14,095 nucleotides of DNA from Gemmatimonadota bacterium (GCA_039589315.1 JBDHHQ010000102.1:1-14095); one strand, 5' to 3'. Positions 1 through 7,709 are shown, numbered from the stretch's first letter. Translations and numbers: made by a program. Notes: generated from the letters alone by a model not told the origin.

Positions 1-120
1 GCGACCCGAACCACGTACGGTCTGATCAACGTCAGAACCGATGGAAAAACCGTGATGTGCGCCGCCCTCAACGAGAAGGACTTCACGTGGAACGTGTTCA
101 CCTTCAAGGCGCGGTTTTAG
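1..120 (+). CDS. 3' end of a gene entering the window (partial); possibly the C-terminus of an MBL-fold/ComEC-like hydrolase
   Basis: Frame 1 is open from base 1 to TAG at 118-120: ATRTTYGLINVRTDGKTVMCAALNEKDFTWNVFTFKARF*. YGLINVRTDG resembles the G-x-I-x-V-x-TDG tail of ComEC/Rec2-like MBL hydrolases (recollection, unverified). Confidence 0.55.
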   Translation, partial: ATRTTYGLINVRTDGKTVMCAALNEKDFTWNVFTFKARF

Positions 121-180
121 TCGGGAAGACACTGCGGTCCAGCCCAGTGCTAATCCTTACCCGGGCAAAGGCGGAAACCG

Positions 181-470
181 ATGAACGGAAGGACTGGTGT
201 GTCGTGGCCGTCGGCGCTTGTTGCGTGTATGCTGATCCTCGCGGTGACCACGATCGTTGTCGTGGCGATAGTCAGATATTCGACGACGTTCTACGTATTT
301 GGTCCGCTCTCGACGTACTCGTCGGGGCAATCGGAGGCGCGGTTGTCACCTACTTCTTCTCGAGCAGGGCCACGGAGGCGGAGAGGAGGACCACCGAAGC
401 CGTAAGGGCGACTGTCGCAGCCGAGAGAAGGACTGCAGCCGCCATGGAGAAGAGATTCGAAGAGCTCTGA
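181..470 (+). pseudogene. Frameshifted 2-TM membrane protein with a C-terminal coiled coil (pseudogene or assembly indel)
   Basis: ATG181 gives MNGRTGVSWPSALVACMLILAVTTIVVVAIVRY (TM1). The protein-like reading continues in the -1 frame from ~279: FDDVLRIWSALDVLVGAIGGAVVTYFFSSRATEAERRTTEAVRATVAAERRTAAAMEKRFEEL* (TM2 plus helical tail). One extra base at TATT (277-280) would join them into ~96 aa. Confidence 0.6.
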
Positions 471-511
471 GGATCACAAGAGAAGATCACCCGTCACGCC
501 GGGACTAGACC

Positions 512-1666
512 ATGCCGACTGAGCAGCCTGTGGACCCGCGAATCACCACTCCCACCGTCGCTGACGGAGGCCAAGAGCCCAGCAAGCTCGAAGAGGGGAT
601 TGCCCTGTGTCTGTCCGGCGGTGGATACCGGGCCATGCTCTTCCACCTGGGCTCCCTTTGGCGCTTGAACGATCTCGGGTACCTGCCCAAGCTCGATCGG
701 ATCTCCAGCGTCTCGGGAGGATCCATCACGGCCGGCGTGCTGGCCATGAACTGGGCCGACCTCAAGTTCGCTGGAACCGGCCGCGCGTCGAACTTCGTCG
801 GGACGGTGGTCAAGCCCGTTCGGACCCTCGCCGAACGCACCATCGATGCCGGATCGATCATCACGGGCGCTCTACTGCCGGGATCGATCAGCGACAAAGT
901 CGCAGGCAAGTACCGCAAGCACGTCTTCGGCGACACCACGCTTCAGGACCTACCCGACGAGCCACGATTCGTTTTCAATGCCACCAACGTGCAATCGGGT
1001 GCTCTGTGGCGATTCTCGAAGCCCTACATGGGCGATTGGCGCGTAGGGCTGGTCAACAACCCGACCACCTCGTTGGCTGAGGTGGTTGCCGCCTCTTCGG
1101 CGTTTCCGCCGGTGCTATCCCCTGCGGAGCTGGAGCTCGACGCTTCGCAGTTCAGAAGGGGCAACGACCTCACCGACCCCATCTACCGGTCCGAGGTAGT
1201 CCTCAGCGACGGCGGGGTCTACGACAACCTGGGCCTGGAGACCGCCTACAAGCGGTACAAGACGCTGCTGGTGAGCGACGGCGGCGGCCAATTGAAGCCA
1301 GAGCCTGATCCGGAGCGCGACTGGGCCCAACATGCGAAGCGGATCCTCGAAGTCATCGACAGCCAGGTACGCAACCTCCGGAAGCGCCAACTGGTGGGCG
1401 CCTTCACCTCGGGCGAGCGGGAAGGCGCATATTGGGGCATCCGAACACCCATCTCCAAGTACACGGCCAAGAAGAAGCTGAGGGCGCCTGCCGATCGCAC
1501 ACTGGCCTTGGCCCAAACCCCGACCCGCCTCAAGGCCATGGAGAGTGACCTCCAGGAACGGCTGATCAACTGGGGCTACGCGATCACGGATGCAGCCCTG
1601 CGGACTTGGGTGGATCCCAGCCTGAAGGAGCCCAGAGGGTATCCGTATCCCAACGCCAAGGTGTAG
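512..1666 (+). CDS. Patatin-like phospholipase (PNPLA domain), 384 aa
   Basis: Gly-rich oxyanion loop LSGGGYRA, nucleophile elbow SSVSGGS, conserved AASSAFPP and catalytic DGG (SDGGVYDNLG). Confidence 0.93.
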   Translation: MPTEQPVDPRITTPTVADGGQEPSKLEEGIALCLSGGGYRAMLFHLGSLWRLNDLGYLPKLDRISSVSGGSITAGVLAMNWADLKFAGTGRASNFVGTVVKPVRTLAERTIDAGSIITGALLPGSISDKVAGKYRKHVFGDTTLQDLPDEPRFVFNATNVQSGALWRFSKPYMGDWRVGLVNNPTTSLAEVVAASSAFPPVLSPAELELDASQFRRGNDLTDPIYRSEVVLSDGGVYDNLGLETAYKRYKTLLVSDGGGQLKPEPDPERDWAQHAKRILEVIDSQVRNLRKRQLVGAFTSGEREGAYWGIRTPISKYTAKKKLRAPADRTLALAQTPTRLKAMESDLQERLINWGYAITDAALRTWVDPSLKEPRGYPYPNAKV

Positions 1667-1936
1667 CCTCGAGGCTGTAGGAAGACCCTCCGTGGAGGGC
1701 AACTGCGGTACCGAAGGTACGCCTGCGCCCCGGGGAAACCGCCGAAGCAAGCCTGAACTCCCCCCGCGAGATCTGTTACGATCCCGCATACGTCCGGTAG
1801 GGTGTGCGTGATCGCAGCCCAGCGCCGACTTGGTGATCGCTCGAACGTCTCGGTCTTCAGCGAGAGGGTGCACGACCGAGAGCTCGAGTCCAGGGGGGCC
1901 GCAGGCCGGCGGGGGATGGGCGTGCTGGTGGACACG

Positions 1937-2419
1937 ATGCTGCCCATCCCAATACGCCAGATTCTTGGCGTCACCCTGCTGGCGCTCGCAGCCGTCCAGC
2001 CTGCGCAAGCCCAACAGCCCCAATACGACTGGGAGTGGCTCGAGCGACAGGGCCCACTCTTCACGCCGTTCCAGGTCCCCCCGGACATCGCGAACCGTGA
2101 GTACCTGGCGAAGGTCAAGGCACAGATCAACGACTACGTCGCGGGAGACTCCTGCGCGACGACCGGGGTCTGGTTCCTGATCGACCGCAACGGGATCACG
2201 CGAGACGCCCGGGTCCACGAGTCCTCGGGCGACCGTGAGATGGACCGTTTCGCACTGGCATTCGCTAGCGCCCACGTGTTCAGCCCGGCATTGTGGGACG
2301 GCAAGCCGGTGCCCGCGTGGATCACGATTTCCGTCACCATCGGGGCGGACGAGTGCGAGACCGAGCAACCTGGAGGCGCTGGAGGGCACACGCCGCGGCG
2401 GGAGAGCCAGGGGTGGTAG
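1937..2419 (+). CDS. Secreted TonB C-terminal domain (TonB_C) protein
   Basis: ATG1937 starts a signal peptide MLPIPIRQILGVTLLALAAVQPAQA|QQ. The mature part has the TonB_C pattern VWFLIDRNG...ARVHESSGDREMDRFAL...FSPALWDGKPVPAWITISV. The start was chosen from the signal peptide rather than GTG1802. Confidence 0.8.
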   Translation: MLPIPIRQILGVTLLALAAVQPAQAQQPQYDWEWLERQGPLFTPFQVPPDIANREYLAKVKAQINDYVAGDSCATTGVWFLIDRNGITRDARVHESSGDREMDRFALAFASAHVFSPALWDGKPVPAWITISVTIGADECETEQPGGAGGHTPRRESQGW

Positions 2420-2456
2420 GCCGATCGACCTCCCCGCCCGGGCGACGCCCCAGTCG

Positions 2457-2903
2457 ATGACCCCGTCACCGTGGACCCTGGCACTGCTAGTCCTGGCCCT
2501 CACCCTCCCGCTCGCGGCGCTCTGGCTCGCGTTGAGACGGGCCCGGGAACAGGCGCCCTACCTCTTCGAGGATGTGACCATGTACCAGCTCACCTTGGGC
2601 GACGACGGACTGCGGCTGCATCAGCGAGGGGGGGAGACCCAGGAGCTCGCGTGGTCGAAGATCGCGGAGGTCCGCATCCGCACGTCGGACGCCGGCCCGT
2701 TCGCCGAGGATGTATTCTGGGAGTTCGAGCGAGCCGACGGAGGCTCGCCCCTCATCGTGCCGAACGGTGCCACCGGCGTGGCCGACTTCCTCGAGACCAT
2801 CGCGGCACGACTCCCCGGGTTCGACCATGGGGCCGTGATCGAGGCCATGACGTGCACCGAGGACCGGGTATTCCGCGCTTGGCCGCCGGTGGCCGACAAC
2901 TGA
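2457..2903 (+). CDS. Membrane-anchored conserved hypothetical protein with a PH-like beta domain
   Basis: ATG2457; N-terminal TM (WTLALLVLALTLPLAALWLAL) followed by WSKIAEVRIRTSDAGPFAEDVFW...LPGFDHGAVIEAM, a recognisable conserved-hypothetical pattern. Confidence 0.75.
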   Translation: MTPSPWTLALLVLALTLPLAALWLALRRAREQAPYLFEDVTMYQLTLGDDGLRLHQRGGETQELAWSKIAEVRIRTSDAGPFAEDVFWEFERADGGSPLIVPNGATGVADFLETIAARLPGFDHGAVIEAMTCTEDRVFRAWPPVADN

Positions 2904-2935
2904 GACGACCCCATTCGCGCCCCGGGAGGCCGCCG

Positions 2936-3637
2936 ATGGCCGCGCCCCCGCACCGACAAGAAGACGCCCGGGCGGCTCAGCCTCGCCGCCCCGGGGTCGT
3001 AGCCTCCCCAGCCCTGTTGCTCGCCACCTTGGTCATGGCCTGTGGCGACCAGAGCGCCGGTCAGTCGAGGGTGCGAGTCCAGGACGTGCTGGCAGCCGCG
3101 GGTCTCGAGCTGCCCCACCGTGTCGAGCCCGCCTGTCCGGGCGAGGGATGTGCGTACGGCACCTGGCTCGCCTGTGACTCGGTACCGCTATACCGGTCGC
3201 CATGGGACCCGTCGGAGGTGGCGGGCTACCTCGTCCCCGACCGGCCCTTCGAAGTCGGCACGGGAATGGTCGTCGTGGACGTTCCGGAAGTGGTCTTGGT
3301 GACCCGGCCCACGCCTCGGATCTCCTTCGAGGAGGACGGTGTCACCTTCCAACCTGGTGACACGCTGTACGTCCTGGACTACCTGGGTGAGGGTTTCTTC
3401 AACGCCTGGTACATCGACGCGATTCTCGAGACGGAGGTCTTCTGGCCGTGGGCCGACTTCTTCGCGGCGTCCGATTTCGAGTACGGCGGTGAGGTGATAC
3501 AGAACGGTAGCGCTTCATTCTGGGTGCAGACCACGGACTCCGAGGGCTCGGAGGGGTGGGTCTGGGTGGACAGCGCCTCCGTCACCGCGCCCAGCCTGCT
3601 CGAACCGGGTTTCCTGGAGTGTCCCTCAGCGCCGTAA
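2936..3637 (+). CDS. Hypothetical lipoprotein with an aromatic-rich, possibly SH3-like beta domain
   Basis: GGAGG at 2924-2928 precedes ATG2936. Hydrophobic LLLATLVMA|C is lipobox-like (Cys codon 3041). Contains CPGEGCAYGTW, GDTLYVLDYLGEGFF and FWVQ...EGWVW. Confidence 0.75.
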   Translation: MAAPPHRQEDARAAQPRRPGVVASPALLLATLVMACGDQSAGQSRVRVQDVLAAAGLELPHRVEPACPGEGCAYGTWLACDSVPLYRSPWDPSEVAGYLVPDRPFEVGTGMVVVDVPEVVLVTRPTPRISFEEDGVTFQPGDTLYVLDYLGEGFFNAWYIDAILETEVFWPWADFFAASDFEYGGEVIQNGSASFWVQTTDSEGSEGWVWVDSASVTAPSLLEPGFLECPSAP

Positions 3638-3738
3638 CCGGGGCGCGCCGGGGGTCGGAGTTGGGCGGTGAGCACGCGGCCCACTGCCGCGACGTAGCAC
3701 CTCTGGGGGCCGGCGCAAACGACACTTCGGCCGCCGAT

Positions 3739-3768
3739 TTGATCCTTCGACCAACTGACGGGTAATAT
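3739..3768 (+). promoter_or_regulatory. Possible sigma70-type promoter
   Basis: TTGATC (3739-3744), 18 nt, TAATAT (3763-3768), in an AT-richer patch upstream of the coiled-coil gene. Confidence 0.35.
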
Positions 3769-3833
3769 CAATGGCTGGATTCGCCCGGATCCCGCCCACC
3801 AGAGCCTAGCTACCCCATCAAGGAGCCCCCGCC

Positions 3834-4481
3834 ATTTCCGCGCAAAAGGCCAAGGCAGCGAGCAAGAAGAGAGCCATCGACACACGCTCCCCCGAAGTGC
3901 AAGGAGTCGCCCGTAGGTTGGCGACGTTGGCAAAGGCGTGGGCGATCCAAGACGGGAGGCTCAGGGTTCGTCAACGCGAGCAGCTTCGTCGGGCCCTGGC
4001 GGCCGCAGCCGAATGCCTTGGCTGGGGGATGATCATTGACGATGCGGTCGAGACTGCCACCCGCGACGTGGCGAAGCTGACCAAGGCAGGTACCCGCGCG
4101 CTCACCCGCGACCTCGCAGACGAGCTGGCGAGCAAGAAGACGGAAATGTCGCAGCTCGAGAAGGTCTCCAGCTCCATGCACAAGCTGGCAGAGAAGAACG
4201 CCTTCGTGGACCCAGTGGAGGTCAGCTACTCACGGACGGCACGGGAGGCGGACCACCTCGTGACGAAGACGGAATCCGTCACCCTGACGGACGCCCAGGA
4301 GGCTGAGGACGCCGCTCAGATGATCGAGAAGAAGATGACTTCGTGGGGGAAGCTCAGAGAAGAGATGGTGGAGGATCTCAAACGGGAGCAGCGACAACTC
4401 GACGAGTTGGAAGACAGCCTGCCAGGGTTCGTGGAGTCCTCGAAAGGCACCGTGCGAGAGGTCTTCGCCACACTATATTAG
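3834..4481 (+). CDS. Hypothetical alpha-helical/coiled-coil protein; probable start ATT3834 (alternatives GTG3897, ATG4029)
   Basis: The frame is open from 3810 to TAG4479-4481. AAGGAG (3820-3825) lies 8 nt before ATT3834. Heptad-like stretches: LADELASKKTEMSQLEKV and LREEMVEDLKREQRQLDELEDSL. Confidence 0.75.
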   Translation: MSAQKAKAASKKRAIDTRSPEVQGVARRLATLAKAWAIQDGRLRVRQREQLRRALAAAAECLGWGMIIDDAVETATRDVAKLTKAGTRALTRDLADELASKKTEMSQLEKVSSSMHKLAEKNAFVDPVEVSYSRTAREADHLVTKTESVTLTDAQEAEDAAQMIEKKMTSWGKLREEMVEDLKREQRQLDELEDSLPGFVESSKGTVREVFATLY

Positions 4482-4701
4482 GTAGCACCTACTCCACCCT
4501 GCGCCACCTGCTCTCCCAGACCGCGGGCGCATCTCTCGGCTCCTCAAGAGAGGATCGGGTTGTCAGGTGGTCAGAGTCTGGCCCGGCGCTGGGCGAACGC
4601 ATCGTGCCGGAGCGCGGTTCCCCAAGGCTGGGGCGGCCGAGTTGGTCGCGACGATGCACACGGGCGTGGTCGCAGGCAGCTACTGCTTCCAACCGGCACG
4701 C

Positions 4702-5295
4702 ATGGCCACCAGCACCCGAGCATCTCCCGGCGAGGGTGTCCGCCCCATGTTGGCGGATCCGCAAATCCAAGCGCCACTCGGGTCCCTTACGCGCGGCATC
4801 ACCATCGAAGCTCCAGTCGAGCGGGTGTGGCCGTGGCTTGTACAGATGGGGGCGGGGCGCGCGGGCTGGTACAGCTACGACTTCATCGACAATGGTGGGG
4901 CACCGAGCTCATGGACCATCCTTCCGGAGCATCAGCACATCGCGGTCGGTGACATCTTACCTGCCCTTCCAAGCGCGGACGACGCGTTCGTCGTGCACTC
5001 GCTGGATACGGGTCGGGAGCTCGTCCTGACCGCGTCCTCACCCGAGGGCGAGCTGCTGGTGACGTGGGACTTTCTGCTCGAGCGACTGAGCGCGAAGCGC
5101 ACCCGGCTGGTCGTGCGAGGGAGAATCGCTCCCGGCTGGCCGGGTTCGCCCTCCGGCAGGCGCCCGGTCGAACTTATCTACCGGCTTCTGGCGCGCATGC
5201 CGAAGCTGCCGATGTTGGCGCTCGCTCGAATCGGCCACGGCATCATGGAGGCCAAGATGCTGCGTGGTATCAAGCGGCGGGCAGAGGGTCTCTGA
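4702..5295 (+). CDS. SRPBCC (START-like/polyketide cyclase) family protein
   Basis: Signature TRGITIEAPVERVWPWLVQMGAGRAGWYSYDFIDN, TWDFLLE...TRLVVR and C-terminal MEAKMLRGIKRRAE. Start taken at ATG4702; upstream in-frame starts exist. Confidence 0.88.
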   Translation: MATSTRASPGEGVRPMLADPQIQAPLGSLTRGITIEAPVERVWPWLVQMGAGRAGWYSYDFIDNGGAPSSWTILPEHQHIAVGDILPALPSADDAFVVHSLDTGRELVLTASSPEGELLVTWDFLLERLSAKRTRLVVRGRIAPGWPGSPSGRRPVELIYRLLARMPKLPMLALARIGHGIMEAKMLRGIKRRAEGL

Positions 5296-5463
5296 TCCCG
5301 ATCATCACGACGCGGATCGGCCTGGCAAAGGGAGCCGCCCCGTCGCCTTAGCCGAGCGCCGTCCGGCGACGTAGCTTGAGGAGACACGAGCGATCGCCCG
5401 CTAAAGAACGGCGGAGCCCGCTTCGGGGCATGACGCTCTCAACTTCCGGAAGGGACATGACCC

Positions 5464-5823
5464 ATGGCCGACACGGTTTCTTGGAACCTGCAGCTGCGCG
5501 TGAAGGAGGGCCGACTCGACGATCTACGGGCCCTGATGCGTGAGATGGTGGCCTCTACCGAGGCAGAGGCGGGAACGCTGGCATACGAGTGGTTCCTCAG
5601 CGACGACGGATCGGCGTGCCACATCTGTGAGCGCTATACCGACTCTTCTGCGGCCATGGAGCACCTGGGCAACTTCGGCGCCAAGTTCGCCGAGCGGTTC
5701 CTCGACTGTCTCGAGCCCACGTCCCTCCACGTGTACGGTGCGCCGAGCGCCGAGGCGCGGGCGGCGTTGGACGGTTTCGGAGCCGCCTATCTCGGCTCGT
5801 TCGGAGGGTTCAGCCGCGCATAG
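5464..5823 (+). CDS. Antibiotic biosynthesis monooxygenase (ABM)/putative quinol monooxygenase, dimeric alpha-beta barrel
   Basis: 119 aa with VKEGRLDDLRALM...EAGTLAYEWF...ERYTDSSAAMEHL; purine-rich GAAGGGA upstream. Confidence 0.9.
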   Translation: MADTVSWNLQLRVKEGRLDDLRALMREMVASTEAEAGTLAYEWFLSDDGSACHICERYTDSSAAMEHLGNFGAKFAERFLDCLEPTSLHVYGAPSAEARAALDGFGAAYLGSFGGFSRA

Positions 5824-5849
5824 AGCGAGCCCCGATTGATGGTGCCGGT

Positions 5850-5902
5850 CCCCCGGTCCTCTTCCCGCTGTAGGGCAGTCCCTCTGGGTGGAGGACCGGG
5901 GG
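5850..5902. repeat. Long GC-rich inverted repeat (terminator-like or REP-like hairpin)
   Basis: CCCCCGGTCCTC (5850-5861) is the exact reverse complement of GAGGACCGGGGG (5891-5902). There is further internal pairing (AGGG-cagt-CCCT) and no U-tract. Confidence 0.6.
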
Positions 5903-5934
5903 CCACAATCGTACGCACCGCTCCCGACCTGCTC

Positions 5935-5963
5935 TTGACGAATCCTCTCTCCGACCACATTAT
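5935..5963 (+). promoter_or_regulatory. sigma70-type promoter
   Basis: TTGACG (5935-5940), 17 nt, CATTAT (5958-5963). Confidence 0.65.
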
Positions 5964-5989
5964 CGGACACCGATATATCGGTCACCGAT
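5961..5989. promoter_or_regulatory. Tandem palindromic operator overlapping the -10 and transcription start
   Basis: Two units with a 15-bp period: ATCGG-aca-CCGAT (5962-5974) and ATCGG-tca-CCGAT (5977-5989). Their junction forms the perfect palindrome CCGATATATCGG (5970-5981). Confidence 0.7.
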
Positions 5990-6111
5990 GCTGAGATCCT
6001 GGAAGCGGTTTTCGAAGCATCACTCGCCCGGAATGGCGAGCAGTCCGAGAGCGACTACGCGCGAGGTGGAAGGGGGATGGGATGGGGACGAGCACGAGAG
6101 CACTGTGCCTC

Positions 6112-7029
6112 ATGGACCATGGGGCCCGGGGCAGCGGGACCGCACCGGGACGAGCATTTGCAGCCGCGTTGGTGGCGCTGTGTGCAGGTGGCTTCTCCAC
6201 GGCTCCGCTGGTAGGGCAGGACGCGGTCCCACCAATTCCCTCGGACGTGCCGATCCGGCTCGTCGGACACCCGAGTCTGGACGGATCCGCACTGGCCCCC
6301 TATGCGGGCGTTCGCTTCGCCATGGGTCGAGTCGACAAGTCCGGGCCGGCCTCTCCGGCGAAGCCCATCGACGCCGTAGCCTACCAGACGCTCACGTTAC
6401 GGGCTGACCGCTGGGAGGACCGAGACGTGTGGATCCGGAGCTTCGAGATGGCCCGTGCGACGGGCGAAGTGCTGGGTCGTGGCGAGATCGTACTCGACCG
6501 TCGCACCCTGGCGCCCCTCGAGGCCACGGTCGAGCGAGGGGGCACGGAGCAGGTCCTGGAATACGACTGGGACCGACACGAGGTGCGCCAGGTGTCACCC
6601 CCTCCCGAGTCCGAAGCCGTGTCCGAGCGGTTGGATCTCCAGGCGCTCGAGGCGGCGACGCACGAGACGTGGATGGCGGCGATCCCCTGGTCCGAAGGAC
6701 TCAGGGTGATGATTCCCACCATCCTGGCAGGGGGAGGCGGCAAGTGGTGGGCGGTGCCCCGGGTGGTTGGTTCGGAGATGGTCGATGTGGGCGACGGGGT
6801 CCAGCGATCGGCATGGGTGATCGACATCGACTGGTGGGGGATGGGACCGGATCACACGATGTTCACTCCCGGCGGGCGGCCCGATGGCACGGCCGGACCG
6901 GGCGGCAAATACTGGGTGCTGCGCGACCCACCCGCAGGCATGCCCCCTGTCGTACGGGTCCAGACGGAGGTCGACGGTACCACCGACCAGGTGATCCAGA
7001 TGCAAGACGGGATGCCCGGGGCGAGCTGA
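6112..7029 (+). CDS. Secreted/periplasmic hypothetical beta-rich protein (possibly DUF3108-like)
   Basis: Signal-like RAFAAALVALCAGGFSTAPLVG|QD; beta-strand-rich body (GEIVLDRRTLAPL...AWVIDID...GKYWV). ATG6082 is an alternative start. The DUF assignment is tentative. Confidence 0.8.
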   Translation: MDHGARGSGTAPGRAFAAALVALCAGGFSTAPLVGQDAVPPIPSDVPIRLVGHPSLDGSALAPYAGVRFAMGRVDKSGPASPAKPIDAVAYQTLTLRADRWEDRDVWIRSFEMARATGEVLGRGEIVLDRRTLAPLEATVERGGTEQVLEYDWDRHEVRQVSPPPESEAVSERLDLQALEAATHETWMAAIPWSEGLRVMIPTILAGGGGKWWAVPRVVGSEMVDVGDGVQRSAWVIDIDWWGMGPDHTMFTPGGRPDGTAGPGGKYWVLRDPPAGMPPVVRVQTEVDGTTDQVIQMQDGMPGAS

Positions 7030-7196
7030 GCGACGGACGACCGTGCTGCTCGCCTTTGCCGTCTACGCCGGCAGGGGTGCGCGCCGCCTCCGCACCACAC
7101 AAGTTGAGGGTGCAGAAGGGGTCTCGAATCGTCTCCCGGCACCGGACCGGTCCAGACCCCAGCTCGGCTGTGGGGATCTTCTCCTGCTGAGGCTCG

Positions 7197-7709
7197 ATGG
7201 TGTCCGCGCTCCGACACGCCATAGCCGTCCTCGTCTTCCCGGTGACCGTGGTCGTCGTGATCCCGATATGGATCGCGAGACGGACGGGAACGCGCCTCGA
7301 GATGCCAGGGCCGCCGATCGAATGGGCGACGTCGCTCGGCGGCGTGGCGGTCCTGGTCCTGGGGGGTGTCCTCTTCGTCGGTTGCGTGTGGCGGTTTGGT
7401 ACCGATGGGAAGGGGACCCTGGCGCCCTGGGATCCCCCCGCCGACCTTGTCGTGAAGGGCCCATACGCCTATGTGCGGAACCCGATGATCACGGGGGTGG
7501 TCCTCCTGCTCATCGCCGAGGGGCTGCTCCTCAGATCCATGCCGCACCTCCAGTGGGCCGGGCTGTTCTTCGTGATCAATGCCGTCTACATCCCCCTACT
7601 CGAGGAGCCCATGCTGCAGGCGCGGTTCGGTGAGGGGTACGAGAGGTACAGGAAGGAAGTGCCGCGCCTCATCCCCCGAGCACGGCCATGGAAGGACGGG
7701 AGCGGCTGA
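7197..7709 (+). CDS. Isoprenylcysteine carboxyl methyltransferase / PEMT family membrane methyltransferase
   Basis: GKGTLAPWDPPADLVVKGPYAYVRNPMITG and EEPMLQARFGEGYERYRKEVPRLIPR motifs; multiple TM segments. Confidence 0.92.
   Translation: MVSALRHAIAVLVFPVTVVVVIPIWIARRTGTRLEMPGPPIEWATSLGGVAVLVLGGVLFVGCVWRFGTDGKGTLAPWDPPADLVVKGPYAYVRNPMITGVVLLLIAEGLLLRSMPHLQWAGLFFVINAVYIPLLEEPMLQARFGEGYERYRKEVPRLIPRARPWKDGSG

Noticed and set aside
512..1666. CBASS CapV assignment
   Set aside because: No CD-NTase or Cap2/Cap3 genes are in view; only the generic patatin call is supported.
1670..1936. Cobalamin riboswitch upstream of the TonB-domain gene
   Set aside because: No recognisable B12-box or conserved core in the right order.
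1115..2503. 462-aa minus-strand ORF and other long antisense ORFs (8404-9411, 10139-10981, 12678-13907)
   Set aside because: Shadow ORFs of high-GC genes; Arg/Pro/Gly-rich with no motifs and overlapping well-supported genes.
2471..2935. N-terminal extension of the 388-aa ORF
   Set aside because: It overlaps the 2457-2903 gene in another frame; the RBS and lipoprotein signal support ATG2936.
7043..7196. Possible remnant of a membrane gene (VLLAFAVYAGRGARRLR...)
   Set aside because: Too short, no RBS and no recognisable family; cannot be told from chance.
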